From an uncultured Oscillospiraceae bacterium (GTDB taxonomy: Bacteria > Bacillota > Clostridia > Christensenellales > CAG-314): a stretch of DNA of 64,000 nucleotides. Shown one piece after another: positions 9,987-20,426 of this stretch (position 1 is its first letter; every line of letters begins with the position of its first letter). A program made the translations under genes and the position numbers. Below the pieces are notes generated by a model that saw nothing but the letters and a program-made list of their open reading frames with translations, was not told the origin of the DNA and made no database searches. Location of the stretch: positions 90,574-154,573 of the forward strand of contig CAZRBI010000001.1 in the NCBI GenBank assembly GCA_964598315.1. Direction: 5' to 3'.

Positions 9987-12941
9987 ATGGCAAAAGAGAG
10001 TGTTTCGGTACGCAAAAAAGTTATATGTTCATTGACAATAGCGTTTGCTGCTTTGCTGATAATTTTCACATTTTGCGGAGCGTTTATTTCAAATCAAGCA
10101 TTGAGGGGAATAGCCAATTTTTTTGTTGGTAGTTTCGGAATGGCTTTCTATGGAATGATGATAGCGCTGATTGTGGTTTGTTCGTTCCTTTTGGCGGGAA
10201 AGACTATCCGTGTTCCGGGCAAGTATGTGGCTCACTTTGTTTTGATTTTTGTGGAAATCGTTATGCTTGTGCATTTGTTTTCTACAACATATTTTAGCTA
10301 CGATTCAGAAACAGGCACAATGGTGGCTTTCTCGGACTATGCGAATTGGGTGTACAACTACTATACGGGCATTCCCACTTTTGGCGGAATTGTTTTCGGC
10401 ATGGTAGTGTATTGTTTGCAAAAAGTCATCACTATATATGCTACGGCAATTGTGTTGTTTGGTCTGCTGGCATGGTCTACAATCACTGTCGGAGATTTCT
10501 TCTACAGCTATTTCACCGGTAAGCTTGTTTTGGATTCCAAACATGAGGAACGCGCAGAGCTTTCGGTTGAACCAAACGAACCTATTGCGGAACTTGTTGT
10601 GGAAGACGAACGCACAAAGGCATTGCGCATTCTCTTCGACGAGCAAACAATCCGTCCTCAAGTTGTGGAAGAATCGGAAACGTCGGATATCTATAATGTC
10701 GCATCGCAATCGACGTTGGATTCGTCTTTCGAAAAAAGCGACGCGCAGGACGTGTTGTTTAATCAAAATCGCGGTAGCTTTTTCCGCAAAAACGACGAAA
10801 CCTCCGTCGAATTGGGCGCACAGAATTTCACTAAATTTGATGAGTCGACAACTGCATCCGAACCAACTGATAGCGATTTGGCTTGGCGTATTTCACGCCC
10901 CGCAACAACGGAAAGCATTTCCAACACCACGCAAACAACCGAAGTTCGACGTGAGCCGCAGGGGAACACGAAGTCGTACGGTGCGGATGAAGGCTGGATA
11001 ACGGCCAAACCAAAAGTTCAAGAAGAGCGTGTCGATGTGGTCGACGTTGTCACGGAACGCGAGCAATCCGGAGATGAACGTCAAGTCGTTCAACAACCTA
11101 TTGAATCGTTTACGAGCGAAACAACTTCGTTTGTACCGCAAGAGAAAACAGTAACTTTCGAATTTGAAGAAGTCGAAGATGACGACGTTCGCGACGAAAA
11201 TCCCTATTTCAACACTTCGTACGGTTCTGTCGAAACGGTTGTTGATGCGGAATCTGTAGTTGGGCAATCGACGGTGGTGGCGGAGCCGGTTAGTGATGAC
11301 TCCGTTCCTGCGCATTACAAGGATTCCGATGAACTTGTCCCCGTGGAAAAGGAAACAGCTGTTCCCGGCGGTGTGCAAGTCGGCTTTGATTTCCGCACAA
11401 AAGACGAATTGCGTGAGGTGCAGGAAAAGGTGCACAAGTATCCCAAGTACGTTGCACCTATGACGGATATTTTCAACGAGCCGACGATCGTCGATAGCGA
11501 CGATGAGGATTTCAGAACGCGTTCTGTGTTTGCAATCACAAACAAATTGTCCGTGTTCGGAATCAAGGTTGAATCTGCCGGTCAAATTGTCGGGCCTACT
11601 GTCACGCGTTATATGTTCGAGGTTAAGTCGCTGAAGACAAAAATGAGCGATTTCGCTCAATATGCGCAAGACTTGAAAGCGTGCTTGGAAGCAGAAGGTG
11701 AAATTCGTATAGAGGCACCTATTCCGGGAACAAACTTGGTTGGCATCGAAGTTGCCAACAAAGTGAGAACTCCCGTCGCCATGCGCACGATTTTGGAATC
11801 TAAAGATTATCGAACACACAAGGGCAATCTTGTTTTTGTTGTCGGTCAAAAAATATCCGGCGAAATGGTTATTGAAGATTTGACCAAACTGCCTCACCTT
11901 TTGGTGGCCGGCACAACCGGCTCAGGCAAGAGTGTGTTCTTGCACACTTTGATTGCAAGTTTGTTGTTCCGTTACGGCCCCGAATACCTGCGTTTTATCA
12001 TGGTAGACCCAAAAATGGTGGAATTCGGACGCTACGACGGCATTCCTCACTTGTTGACCAGCGAAACAATTGTCAACACCACGGATGCGCTTGCGGCAAT
12101 GGACTATTTGATTGCCGAAATGGAATCGAGATATCAATTGTTGCGTCAAAACGGTGTTTCTAACATTGCTGAATACAATGCAAAAATCAATCCGAAACTT
12201 ACGCAACGTTTGCCGTATCTTGTGCTTATCGTCGATGAGTTGGCGGATTTGATGTCGGTATCCAAAAAGTCGTGCGAAGCAAAATTGCAACGTCTTGCAC
12301 AAAAAGCACGTGCAGCCGGTATTCACCTTGTTTTGGCAACACAACGTCCCGACGTGCAAGTTATTTCGGGAACTATAAAAACAAACTTCGTTTGCCGTAT
12401 AGCATTGAAAGTTGCTTCTTACCAGGACAGTGGAACCATCCTTAACGGCGGCGGTGCCGAAAAGTTGCTTGGTCACGGCGATATGCTCTATATGAATCCC
12501 AGCAGTTCAGACTTGTGGCGTATTCAAGGTGCTTACTTGTCTAACGAAGAAATCAGAAATTTGATTGATTTTGTCAAAGAGCAGAACGAGTCCTACTATG
12601 ATCCCAAAGTTTCAAAGGAAATTTTCGTCTCTCAAAAGGAAAACGAGCCGGAAGAAATCAGTTTTGAAAAATCCGACGATAAAGACGATCAATTGGATCC
12701 GTACTGCAAAAAGGCTTTGCGTTTCTGGTTGGAAAGACAAGGCGGAAGAGCTTCTATTGCGTCCATTCAACGTTCGTTGAAAATCGGGTTTAACCGCGCA
12801 GGACGCATAATGGACACGTTACAAAAGCTTCACTACGTCGAAGAACCGGCTGCCAGCGAATCGAGCTCCAAGCCGTTGCGAGTGCTTGTAACGATTGATC
12901 AATTGGATGAATTGTTCCCCGATATGGACGATAGCTACTAA
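9987..12941 (+). CDS. ftsK: DNA translocase FtsK/SpoIIIE family
   Basis: N-terminal multi-TM region, long acidic low-complexity linker, motor domain with Walker A GTTGSGKS and Walker B LVLIVDE, C-terminal winged-helix gamma domain. Confidence 0.9.
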   Translation: MAKESVSVRKKVICSLTIAFAALLIIFTFCGAFISNQALRGIANFFVGSFGMAFYGMMIALIVVCSFLLAGKTIRVPGKYVAHFVLIFVEIVMLVHLFSTTYFSYDSETGTMVAFSDYANWVYNYYTGIPTFGGIVFGMVVYCLQKVITIYATAIVLFGLLAWSTITVGDFFYSYFTGKLVLDSKHEERAELSVEPNEPIAELVVEDERTKALRILFDEQTIRPQVVEESETSDIYNVASQSTLDSSFEKSDAQDVLFNQNRGSFFRKNDETSVELGAQNFTKFDESTTASEPTDSDLAWRISRPATTESISNTTQTTEVRREPQGNTKSYGADEGWITAKPKVQEERVDVVDVVTEREQSGDERQVVQQPIESFTSETTSFVPQEKTVTFEFEEVEDDDVRDENPYFNTSYGSVETVVDAESVVGQSTVVAEPVSDDSVPAHYKDSDELVPVEKETAVPGGVQVGFDFRTKDELREVQEKVHKYPKYVAPMTDIFNEPTIVDSDDEDFRTRSVFAITNKLSVFGIKVESAGQIVGPTVTRYMFEVKSLKTKMSDFAQYAQDLKACLEAEGEIRIEAPIPGTNLVGIEVANKVRTPVAMRTILESKDYRTHKGNLVFVVGQKISGEMVIEDLTKLPHLLVAGTTGSGKSVFLHTLIASLLFRYGPEYLRFIMVDPKMVEFGRYDGIPHLLTSETIVNTTDALAAMDYLIAEMESRYQLLRQNGVSNIAEYNAKINPKLTQRLPYLVLIVDELADLMSVSKKSCEAKLQRLAQKARAAGIHLVLATQRPDVQVISGTIKTNFVCRIALKVASYQDSGTILNGGGAEKLLGHGDMLYMNPSSSDLWRIQGAYLSNEEIRNLIDFVKEQNESYYDPKVSKEIFVSQKENEPEEISFEKSDDKDDQLDPYCKKALRFWLERQGGRASIASIQRSLKIGFNRAGRIMDTLQKLHYVEEPAASESSSKPLRVLVTIDQLDELFPDMDDSY

Positions 12942-13048
12942 ACACAAATGTAGTGCATCAAATGGGTAAATGTTGTCACTCTGGTGAAGTGCAAGTTTTG
13001 TTTAGCTTGCAATCGTGCTGAATCTATAATAATTTTAACGGAAAACTT

Positions 13049-14380
13049 ATGATAAAAATTGGGCTTGTTTCACTTGGATGCGATAAAAATCGTGTGGACA
13101 GTGAGGTTATGTTGGAAAACTTGCGTCGAGGCGGATATGAAATCACTTCAGATCCGTCAACGGCGGATGTCATCATTGTTAACACTTGTGCGTTTCTAGA
13201 ATCCGCTCGTAGAGAATCTATCGACACGGTTTTGGAAATGTTTCACTACAAAGACGAAGGCTCATGTCAAAAGATCATTGTCACCGGCTGTCTCGGTCAA
13301 AAATTCGGAAAAGAGGTTTTTGATGGTCTGGATGAAGCCGATGCCGTAGTGGGAACTAACGAGTACGACAATATTTGTCAAATAGTTGACGAAACTTTAA
13401 GCGGTGAAAGAAAGCTTTATAACGGTAGTAATGTCTGTTTGACGTTCGGCGAACGTGTACTTACAACTCCAAAACATTTCGCTTATCTGAAGATCGGTGA
13501 CGGGTGCAACAATTTTTGTTCGTATTGCCTTATACCGTATATTCGTGGTCGTCTTAGGTCTGTTCCTGTGGAAAAAGTGGTGGAACAAGCTTGCCAACTT
13601 GCAAATCAGGGCGTAAAAGAATTGATTTTGGTGGCCCAAGATACAACGAAATATGGTTTTGATCTATACAGCGAGCCCAAATTGGTTGAACTTTTACAAA
13701 AACTTTCCGCAATCGACGGCATTCGTTGGATACGATTGTTGTATTGCTACCCGGAACTTACAGATGAAAAATTGATTCGAGAAATCGAAACAAATCCCAA
13801 GGTTGTCAAATATATCGACATTCCGCTTCAACATGTGAACGACGGTATTTTGAAGTCGATGAACAGACATTCCGCTCATGACGATGTGTGCAAATTGTTT
13901 GATCGTTTATACGGAAGCAATCCCAAAATTGCCGTTCGTTCAACGTTTATTTGCGGTTTCCCCGGAGAAACCGCTGACACTGTGGCAGAAGTAGAGCAAT
14001 TTCTAAAAGAATATCGTTTGCGTAACGTGGGATTTTTTGCATATTCTCGTGAAGATGGCACGGTTGCCGCAAAAATGGAAAACCAAGTGTCTCAACGTCT
14101 TAAAAATTCTTACGTAAAGAAGCTTTACAAAACGCAATATAACGTGCTGAAACAAATTCAGCAAGATGACGTTGGCAATGTTTATTGTTGCGTAGTCGAT
14201 GAGTTTTTGCACTCTGAAAACGAAGCGTTCGTATATAAATGCAGAACAGAGTTCCAGGCGCCGGAAATTGACGGTGTGGTTTACGTTTATTCTAAAACCG
14301 AGTTGACTGTCGGAGATTTTGTCAACGTCCGAATCACCAACTCTCTGGAATATGACCTTGTAGGAGATGTAGTGGAATGA
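13049..14380 (+). CDS. rimO: Ribosomal protein S12 methylthiotransferase RimO
   Basis: MTTase N-domain (LGCDKN), radical-SAM CNNFCSYC, C-terminal TRAM domain. Confidence 0.9.
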   Translation: MIKIGLVSLGCDKNRVDSEVMLENLRRGGYEITSDPSTADVIIVNTCAFLESARRESIDTVLEMFHYKDEGSCQKIIVTGCLGQKFGKEVFDGLDEADAVVGTNEYDNICQIVDETLSGERKLYNGSNVCLTFGERVLTTPKHFAYLKIGDGCNNFCSYCLIPYIRGRLRSVPVEKVVEQACQLANQGVKELILVAQDTTKYGFDLYSEPKLVELLQKLSAIDGIRWIRLLYCYPELTDEKLIREIETNPKVVKYIDIPLQHVNDGILKSMNRHSAHDDVCKLFDRLYGSNPKIAVRSTFICGFPGETADTVAEVEQFLKEYRLRNVGFFAYSREDGTVAAKMENQVSQRLKNSYVKKLYKTQYNVLKQIQQDDVGNVYCCVVDEFLHSENEAFVYKCRTEFQAPEIDGVVYVYSKTELTVGDFVNVRITNSLEYDLVGDVVE

Positions 14381-15051
14381 AATTGAACCTCCCTAATAAA
14401 CTTACGGTTGCAAGAATATGTCTTATTCCTGTGTTTGTAGTGTTCTATTTTTTGCCGTTCGATTGGGCGCAGTGGTGTGCCGTAGCTGTTTTTCTGTTGG
14501 CCGCATTTACCGATTTTTTGGACGGACATATTGCACGAAAGCACAATCTTGTGACAGATTTGGGTAAACTTTTAGATCCTATTGCAGACAAAGTATTATC
14601 TGCAACAGCCATGTTTTGTGTTGTTGCCACAAATCCGTTGCAATATATGTCGGATTTTTTTGAATTGGCAGGGTTTGGAAATTTCAATTTTGCCACTTTC
14701 GGCATGATTTTCTTGGCAACGTGTAGCGCAGTTATAATTGCACGCGAATTGCTTGTGGATGCAGTTCGCATGATAGCTGCTTCAAAGGGAATTGTGGTGC
14801 AAGCCAACATTTTTGGCAAAGTTAAAACCGTTCTGCAAGACGTTAGCTTGCCTTTGTTGGTTGCTTGTAACTATTGTAGTGTTGTAAGTAAATACTTAGA
14901 GTTAACCTCTTTACGTCCCCAATCGCTTAATGCTTGGTTTTACGTCGAAGTTGTTGCAATTGTTTTGTTTTTTGCGGCAACCGTGATGACAATAGTTTCC
15001 GGCGTTATCTATCTTGTGCGCAACAAGCATGTGTTTTTGCCCACGGAATAA
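14377..15051 (+). CDS. pgsA: CDP-diacylglycerol--glycerol-3-phosphate 3-phosphatidyltransferase
   Basis: CDP-alcohol phosphatidyltransferase motif DGHIARKHNLVTDLGKLLDPIADK. Multi-TM. pgsA-cinA-recA synteny. Confidence 0.88.
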   Translation: MKLNLPNKLTVARICLIPVFVVFYFLPFDWAQWCAVAVFLLAAFTDFLDGHIARKHNLVTDLGKLLDPIADKVLSATAMFCVVATNPLQYMSDFFELAGFGNFNFATFGMIFLATCSAVIIARELLVDAVRMIAASKGIVVQANIFGKVKTVLQDVSLPLLVACNYCSVVSKYLELTSLRPQSLNAWFYVEVVAIVLFFAATVMTIVSGVIYLVRNKHVFLPTE

Positions 15052-15083
15052 TTTGTTGTAATGCCCCTGCTTACGAGGATATA

Positions 15084-16277
15084 ATGATTAGAATATTGAC
15101 AAGAGAATATGGCAGTGCTGTGGAAACAGTTGCCGGCTTGCTGGATAAAGAAGCGGCGGAGTACGACATTTACGTTTCGCGCAGTAACAAACAACTAAGC
15201 AACGTTTTGTTTGATTCTGTCGGCGGCGAGGCTGTTTTTTTGATAGGCGATACCGGCAGTTGGAGTGAAATGTTGGCAGAAACTTTCGGGCTGGCATTGA
15301 TATACGACAAGTTCGCCGAAAAAAACATACGTGAACGTTGCAAATTGATGAATTCGCAACTTCCTGCACAATATGTGATAGACCGATATTGTGCATTGCC
15401 TGAGACGTTCATCCACTATTCGTCGGTATTTTCGCTGCAATGCGGATTTGGTGGAGAATATGGTAAGTGTCGAGTCTACGCGTTGCCGGATGATTCTAAG
15501 GAATGTGCCAATATTTTCAAAAACTATGTGAAGCGTGATCTTTTCAAACATAATGCGGCATTGCCGGTGTATTCTTTCAAAATTTTCGGTTTTTCCAAGC
15601 GAGATATTGAGAGTAAAATTTCCGCACTTAACCTAAAAAACGTTTCAATTAGGTGCGAAACGGAAAATTTGGATGGAAAAATAGTTCTTACATTCCATAA
15701 CTTGCCAAAGAAAACCGTCTTGGAAAGTGTCGATTTGGTTCAAAAATTGTTTGGCGCAAACATCTATTCTGCCGACGACGTTCTTTTGTCGGAAGTTGTT
15801 GTTTGCGAACTTAACAGAATGTGCAAAACTGTTGCTACTGCAGAATCGGTGACGGGCGGTCTTATAGCCTCATCGATGGTAGAGGTTCCCGGGGCAAGCA
15901 ATGTCTTGTACGAGGGCGCAGTGACTTATACTATAGACGCCAAAGCCGACAGATTGGGTATTAGTCCGCACTTTATCGATCAATACGGAGTTGTTTCTTC
16001 GCAGGTGGCAAAGGAAATGGCGTTATCACAGTTGTCTCGTGCTGATTTTTCGGTGGCAACAACGGGCTTTGCCGGTCCTACTGCTGATGGCAAAAATCCT
16101 GTCGGGTTGTGTTTCGTTGCGATTGGTGGAAAAATCGGCGGCAAAAAGCTTGTGAAAGTTTTCAAAAACGTCTACAATGGTGACAGAAATTCAATTCGCA
16201 ATCAAGTTGCTAACACGGCAATGTATCTGTTGCACTGTGCACTGACAGACGTCGGCTTTTTCGCCGCAAATATATAA
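15084..16277 (+). CDS. cinA: CinA family protein: C-terminal PncC/NMN-deamidase domain with a divergent N-terminal half
   Basis: C-terminal TVATAESVTGGL..GVVS..TTGFAGP motifs. ATG at 15084 follows GAGGA. The ORF-track start at 14934 lies inside pgsA. Confidence 0.75.
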   Translation: MIRILTREYGSAVETVAGLLDKEAAEYDIYVSRSNKQLSNVLFDSVGGEAVFLIGDTGSWSEMLAETFGLALIYDKFAEKNIRERCKLMNSQLPAQYVIDRYCALPETFIHYSSVFSLQCGFGGEYGKCRVYALPDDSKECANIFKNYVKRDLFKHNAALPVYSFKIFGFSKRDIESKISALNLKNVSIRCETENLDGKIVLTFHNLPKKTVLESVDLVQKLFGANIYSADDVLLSEVVVCELNRMCKTVATAESVTGGLIASSMVEVPGASNVLYEGAVTYTIDAKADRLGISPHFIDQYGVVSSQVAKEMALSQLSRADFSVATTGFAGPTADGKNPVGLCFVAIGGKIGGKKLVKVFKNVYNGDRNSIRNQVANTAMYLLHCALTDVGFFAANI

Positions 16278-16304
16278 GATAATATTTTTAGGGAGAATAT
16301 AAAA

Positions 16305-17318
16305 ATGACAGAAGACAAGAAAAAGGCTCTGGAGCAAACTATTTTACAAATTGAGAAAGAATTCGGAAAAGGTTCTATCATGAAGCTGGGCAGCTATGCC
16401 GCTTCCCGAAACATTGATGTTATTCCCACGGGATGTTTGCCGTTGGACTTGGCTCTGGGAGTCGGAGGCTTGCCTAAAGGACGTATTATTGAAATCTACG
16501 GGCCTGAATCTTCCGGTAAGACCACTGTGACGTTACACGTTATTGCTCAAGTACAAAAAATGGGCGGAACCGCTGCCTTTATTGATGCCGAGCAAGCACT
16601 TGATCCGGTTTATGCAAAAAATTTGGGCATCGACTTGGACGAATTGTATATTTCTCAGCCGGATAGTGGCGAACAAGCATTGGATATTTTGGATTATCTG
16701 GTGCGTAGCAACGCTGTTGATTTGATCGTTGTCGACTCGGTTGCTGCGCTTACTCCCAAGGCCGAATTGGAAGGTGATATGGGTGATAGCCACATGGGTG
16801 TTCAGGCTCGTTTGATGTCGCAATGTTTGAGAAAAATTGTCGGACCAAGCAACAAATCAAACACGTGCGTTATTTTTATCAACCAATTGCGTGATAAAAT
16901 CGGCGTAATGTTTGGCAATCCCGAAACGACAACAGGCGGCAAGGCGCTGAAGTTCTATTCTAGCGTACGTCTCGATGTTCGCAAAGTCGACCAAGTTAAG
17001 GACGGATCGGAAATTGTCGGCAACAAAACTCGTGTCAAAGTTGTAAAAAACAAGGTCGCGCCTCCGTTCAAAACAGCAGAGTTCGAAATTGTGTTTGGAA
17101 AGGGTATTTCCAACACAGGATGCGTGCTTGATTTGGCGGTGGCAAACGGACTTATTGAAAAGAGCGGTTCTTGGTTCTCGTATAACGGCGAAAAAGTCGG
17201 ACAAGGCAGAGAGAATGCAAAAGCGTGGTTGGAAAGAAATCCGGAAGTTATGTCTGCTTTGGAAGCTAAAATTAAAGAAATTTTGCAACCCAAACCGGAA
17301 GAAGATGTTGTTGAGTAG
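16305..17318 (+). CDS. recA: Recombinase RecA
   Basis: Canonical sequence: GPESSGKTT Walker [11 protein letters not shown]1/L2 loop regions. Confidence 0.97.
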   Translation: MTEDKKKALEQTILQIEKEFGKGSIMKLGSYAASRNIDVIPTGCLPLDLALGVGGLPKGRIIEIYGPESSGKTTVTLHVIAQVQKMGGTAAFIDAEQALDPVYAKNLGIDLDELYISQPDSGEQALDILDYLVRSNAVDLIVVDSVAALTPKAELEGDMGDSHMGVQARLMSQCLRKIVGPSNKSNTCVIFINQLRDKIGVMFGNPETTTGGKALKFYSSVRLDVRKVDQVKDGSEIVGNKTRVKVVKNKVAPPFKTAEFEIVFGKGISNTGCVLDLAVANGLIEKSGSWFSYNGEKVGQGRENAKAWLERNPEVMSALEAKIKEILQPKPEEDVVE

Positions 17319-17350
17319 TTTTTAACCGAGTTGGTTTGAATGCATGTTGA

Positions 17351-17387
17351 AATCCGTTACGTAACGTCTGTTGCGTAGCGGATTTTT
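17351..17387 (+). terminator. Rho-independent terminator after recA
   Basis: Stem AATCCGTTACG/CGTAGCGGATT (one G-U pair), then TTTTT. Confidence 0.6.
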
Positions 17388-17843
17388 AATGCCGATTTTA
17401 TCATGGCATCTCTTTGCGCTGCGAGCTGATTTAATTTTTGTCAAAACAGTGAATTTCGTTTTGGCGTTTTACAGTTGATATTTTCAAAAGTAGTGTGAGT
17501 GAAGTTAATTTCAAGTTATTCATGTCTCGTACGTATGTTGAAGAAATTCGTGATGATTTTTGTTAACTACTTGGTCTCTTCGTTGTTCTTCAAAAGTTTC
17601 CGATGTAGAAGTCTTGTTGTGTGCAGTTGTAGGATTTGACATTTGGGTAGCTGTTTCAAAGTGTTTTTTTTATCCCGATTTTTTCATTGAAATATTGATA
17701 CAATTTTATTTCAAATAATCGGTGTGTTTGCGAATTCGTATAGATTTCTTGTTCGAATTTGGCGCATTTTGTCGGCAATCTGTAAATTATTTTTGCGACT
17801 TGTAATTATTTGCTGTAAACTGCTTTAATTTTTCGGATAGGTA

Positions 17844-17872
17844 TTGACATATTTGCGAAAATCTAGTAAAAT
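17844..17872 (+). promoter_or_regulatory. Candidate sigma-A promoter for rny
   Basis: TTGACA (17844-17849), 17-nt spacer, TAAAAT (17867-17872). About 50 nt upstream of the rny start. Confidence 0.5.
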
Positions 17873-17923
17873 ACTATGGTAAATTATGAAATTTACTAAA
17901 TAATAATGTTGGAGGAAACAACA

Positions 17924-19525
17924 ATGGATCTATTATTGTTCTTCCAAGCCTCAACTCTATCTTGGTTAATTCCGGTAGTTGCGATTGTCGCATTGATTAT
18001 CGGTGCCGGTGTTGTAGCTGTAATTTTTCAACACCTGCTCAGAAAACATAAAAAAACAATTGCTGACGCGAATGAACGCGCTAATTTCATTGTAGAAGAT
18101 GCGAAGAGTGAAGCATCGTCTTTGAAAAAAGAAGCCATCAAAGAGGCTAGGGAAGAAACTCAAAAAATCAAAAACGAACAAGAACGTCAATTTCGTGAAC
18201 GCAACAGCGAGTTGCAAAAACAAGAAAATCGCATGCGCCAAAAAGAGGAAGCGTTGGATAAAAAAGAAGAACTTTTCCTCAAAAAGTTGGATAACATCGA
18301 CGTTCAGCAGAAACAAATTTCCGATAAACAAGCGGAACTCAATCGCCGCCAACAAGAATTGGAAAAATCCGAAGAACGTAAGCAACAAGAACTTCAACGT
18401 GTTGCCGGCATGACTAAAGAAGAAGCCAAACAACAACTGGTGGACGAAATGGTCTCCGTCGCACGTAAAGAAGCCGCAGGTTTGGTTCGCAAAATTGAAA
18501 ACGAAGCCAAAGAAAACGGTGAGCAAAAGGCCAGAAATATTATCGCGGCAGCAATTCAGCGTTGCGCCGGCGATCAGGTAAGCGAATCGACGGTCACGAC
18601 GGTAGCTATTCCTAACGACGAAATGAAGGGCCGTTTGATTGGTCGTGAAGGTCGTAACATTCGTGCATTGGAAAACGCAACCGGTGTTGAACTTATCATT
18701 GACGACACTCCGGAAGTTGTGATTCTTTCGGGATTTGATCCTGTCAGACGTCAAATAGCTCGTATTGCAATCGAAAAGTTGATAACCGACGGAAGAATTC
18801 ACCCTGCAAGAATTGAAGAAATGGTGGAAAAAGTCAAACGTGACATGGATATCACCATCAAGGACGCAGGTGAAGCCGCATCGTTTGATACCGGAGTTTT
18901 TGGTTTGCATCCGGAAATCATCAAATTGCTTGGTCGTTTGAAATACCGCACAAGCTATGGTCAGAATGTATTGAACCATTCCATCGAAGTTAGCTATATT
19001 GCAGGCATCATGGCTTCCGAACTCGGTTTGGACGTGGCTCTCGCAAAACGTGGTGCGCTGTTGCACGATATCGGCAAGGCCGTTGACCAAGAAATCGAAG
19101 GCACACACATGCAAATCGGCGCCGACATCGCAAAGAAATACAAGGAAAGCAAAGAAGTTGTCAACTGTATTGCTTCTCACCACGGAGATGTTGAACCGAT
19201 GACTGTTGAGGCTGTTATTGTTGCGGCTGCAGATGCAATCAGCGGAGCAAGGCCCGGTGCTAGACGCGAATCGGTTGAAAATTATGTTAAGCGTCTCGAA
19301 AAACTCGAGGGCATTGCCAATTCGTTCGAAGGGGTTCAAAAATCCTACGCTGTTCAAGCGGGACGTGAAATTCGCATTATCGTTAAACCCGAAGTTATCA
19401 ACGACGAAACTACTGTTTTGCTTGCAAACGACATTGCAAGAAAGATTGAAAGCGAACTGGAGTATCCCGGTCAAATCAAAGTTAACGTTATTCGTGAAAC
19501 TCGTGCGGTTGACGTTGCTAAATAG
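17924..19525 (+). CDS. rny: Ribonuclease Y
   Basis: N-terminal TM helix, coiled-coil K/E-rich region, KH domain, HD domain (LLHDIGK). ATG at 17924 follows GGAGG. Confidence 0.93.
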   Translation: MDLLLFFQASTLSWLIPVVAIVALIIGAGVVAVIFQHLLRKHKKTIADANERANFIVEDAKSEASSLKKEAIKEAREETQKIKNEQERQFRERNSELQKQENRMRQKEEALDKKEELFLKKLDNIDVQQKQISDKQAELNRRQQELEKSEERKQQELQRVAGMTKEEAKQQLVDEMVSVARKEAAGLVRKIENEAKENGEQKARNIIAAAIQRCAGDQVSESTVTTVAIPNDEMKGRLIGREGRNIRALENATGVELIIDDTPEVVILSGFDPVRRQIARIAIEKLITDGRIHPARIEEMVEKVKRDMDITIKDAGEAASFDTGVFGLHPEIIKLLGRLKYRTSYGQNVLNHSIEVSYIAGIMASELGLDVALAKRGALLHDIGKAVDQEIEGTHMQIGADIAKKYKESKEVVNCIASHHGDVEPMTVEAVIVAAADAISGARPGARRESVENYVKRLEKLEGIANSFEGVQKSYAVQAGREIRIIVKPEVINDETTVLLANDIARKIESELEYPGQIKVNVIRETRAVDVAK

Positions 19526-19540
19526 TTTTTTTGCAAATCA

Positions 19541-19577
19541 AACACGCTGTCAAATTTTGGCAGCGTGTTTTTTTTTG
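19541..19577 (+). terminator. Rho-independent terminator after rny
   Basis: Stem ACACGCTG/CAGCGTGT followed by T9. Confidence 0.8.
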
Positions 19578-19956
19578 TGCAATAAGATTATTTACTTGAA
19601 TTGAAATTTCTGCGTATAAACATAAAACACCATGCCTCACTAATTTGCGGTCATATGTGTTGGCCTAATTATTTGTTGTAGGATTATTTTTCAAATCATT
19701 TGCCAAATTTTCGCTACAAAAGCGATTGTTGTGTTAAAAGTATCATTATCATATCCTAGCGATGTGTATTGAACTTTGTGAGACTTGTTTGTTTGAACTT
19801 TTGGTTTATTTTGTATGGATATTGTCAAAAATCATCGTATGAAAGTAAAAAGGACTGTTAAATGTGGTGCAATTGCCGATGAAAGAGAAAGCCGTGCACC
19901 CAAAAAGTTGGAAGTATTCAATTGTGTGACAGAAAACCAAATAAGAAATCTGGACG

Positions 19957-20424
19957 GTGAAATTCGTGAATAATCAGCAGAAAGCCGAAATTACAAAAGA
20001 CAACTACAAACAATATGTGTTTGAAAAGATGCCTAAAAGTTCTCATTGGAAGAATATGTTTTGGGCATTCGTGATAGGTGGGGTTATTTGTACGATAGGA
20101 CAAGGCTTTGTAGAGTTTTATAAACTGTGGTTCGAGCAAGAAGATGCGTCTACGCTTGCATCTGCAACTCTGGTGTTGTTGGCGGCACTGCTAACAGGAT
20201 TTGGCGTTTACGACAATATAGGGCGTTTTGCGGGAGCGGGGTCAACAATTCCGATCACCGGTTTTTCCAATGCAGTTGTTTCTCCGGCGTTGGAATTTCG
20301 TTCCGAAGGATATGTTTATGGCGTCGGTGCCAAAATGTTTCAAGTTGCGGGCCCTGTGATTGTGAATGGTGTTTCTGTTTCAGTTTTAATTGCAGTGTTG
20401 TCATTGATTTTTGGGGGTATGTAG
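19957..20424 (+). CDS. spoVAC: Stage V sporulation protein AC
   Basis: About 155-aa membrane protein with the WAFVIGGVICTIGQG signature. Followed by spoVAD and spoVAE. The start (GTG 19957 or 19966) is uncertain. Confidence 0.88.
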   Translation: MKFVNNQQKAEITKDNYKQYVFEKMPKSSHWKNMFWAFVIGGVICTIGQGFVEFYKLWFEQEDASTLASATLVLLAALLTGFGVYDNIGRFAGAGSTIPITGFSNAVVSPALEFRSEGYVYGVGAKMFQVAGPVIVNGVSVSVLIAVLSLIFGGM

Positions 20425-20426
20425 TT

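Noticed and set aside
17520-17642. A 40-codon minus-strand ORF (MSNPTTAHNKTSTSETFEEQRRDQVVNKNHHEFLQHTYET) in the 590-bp recA-rny spacer; it is hydrophilic and small, like a minor spore protein.
   Set aside because: It has no SD, no convincing promoter or terminator, and no family recognised. It is kept only as a note.
17966-19474. A 502-aa ORF antisense to rny, and similar long antisense ORFs at 3705-4607, 10893-11897, 24592-25443, 33130-33918, 38421-39161 and 41410-42186.
   Set aside because: These are shadow ORFs inside well-supported genes on the opposite strand. Their composition is biased and low-complexity, they have no SD, and they carry no recognisable motifs.
19839-19973. A 44-codon ORF ending inside the spoVAC start region, and a 46-codon ORF at 22049-22189 upstream of yunB.
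   Set aside because: Neither has an SD or a recognisable motif. They overlap or abut better-supported features and are probably chance ORFs in long AT-rich leaders.
20127-20426. Upstream extension of the spoVAD ORF, as listed in the track (start 20127).
   Set aside because: It overlaps spoVAC out of frame and encodes a Cys/Arg-rich nonsense-like peptide. The SpoVAD-like sequence begins at GTG 20427, directly after the spoVAC stop.
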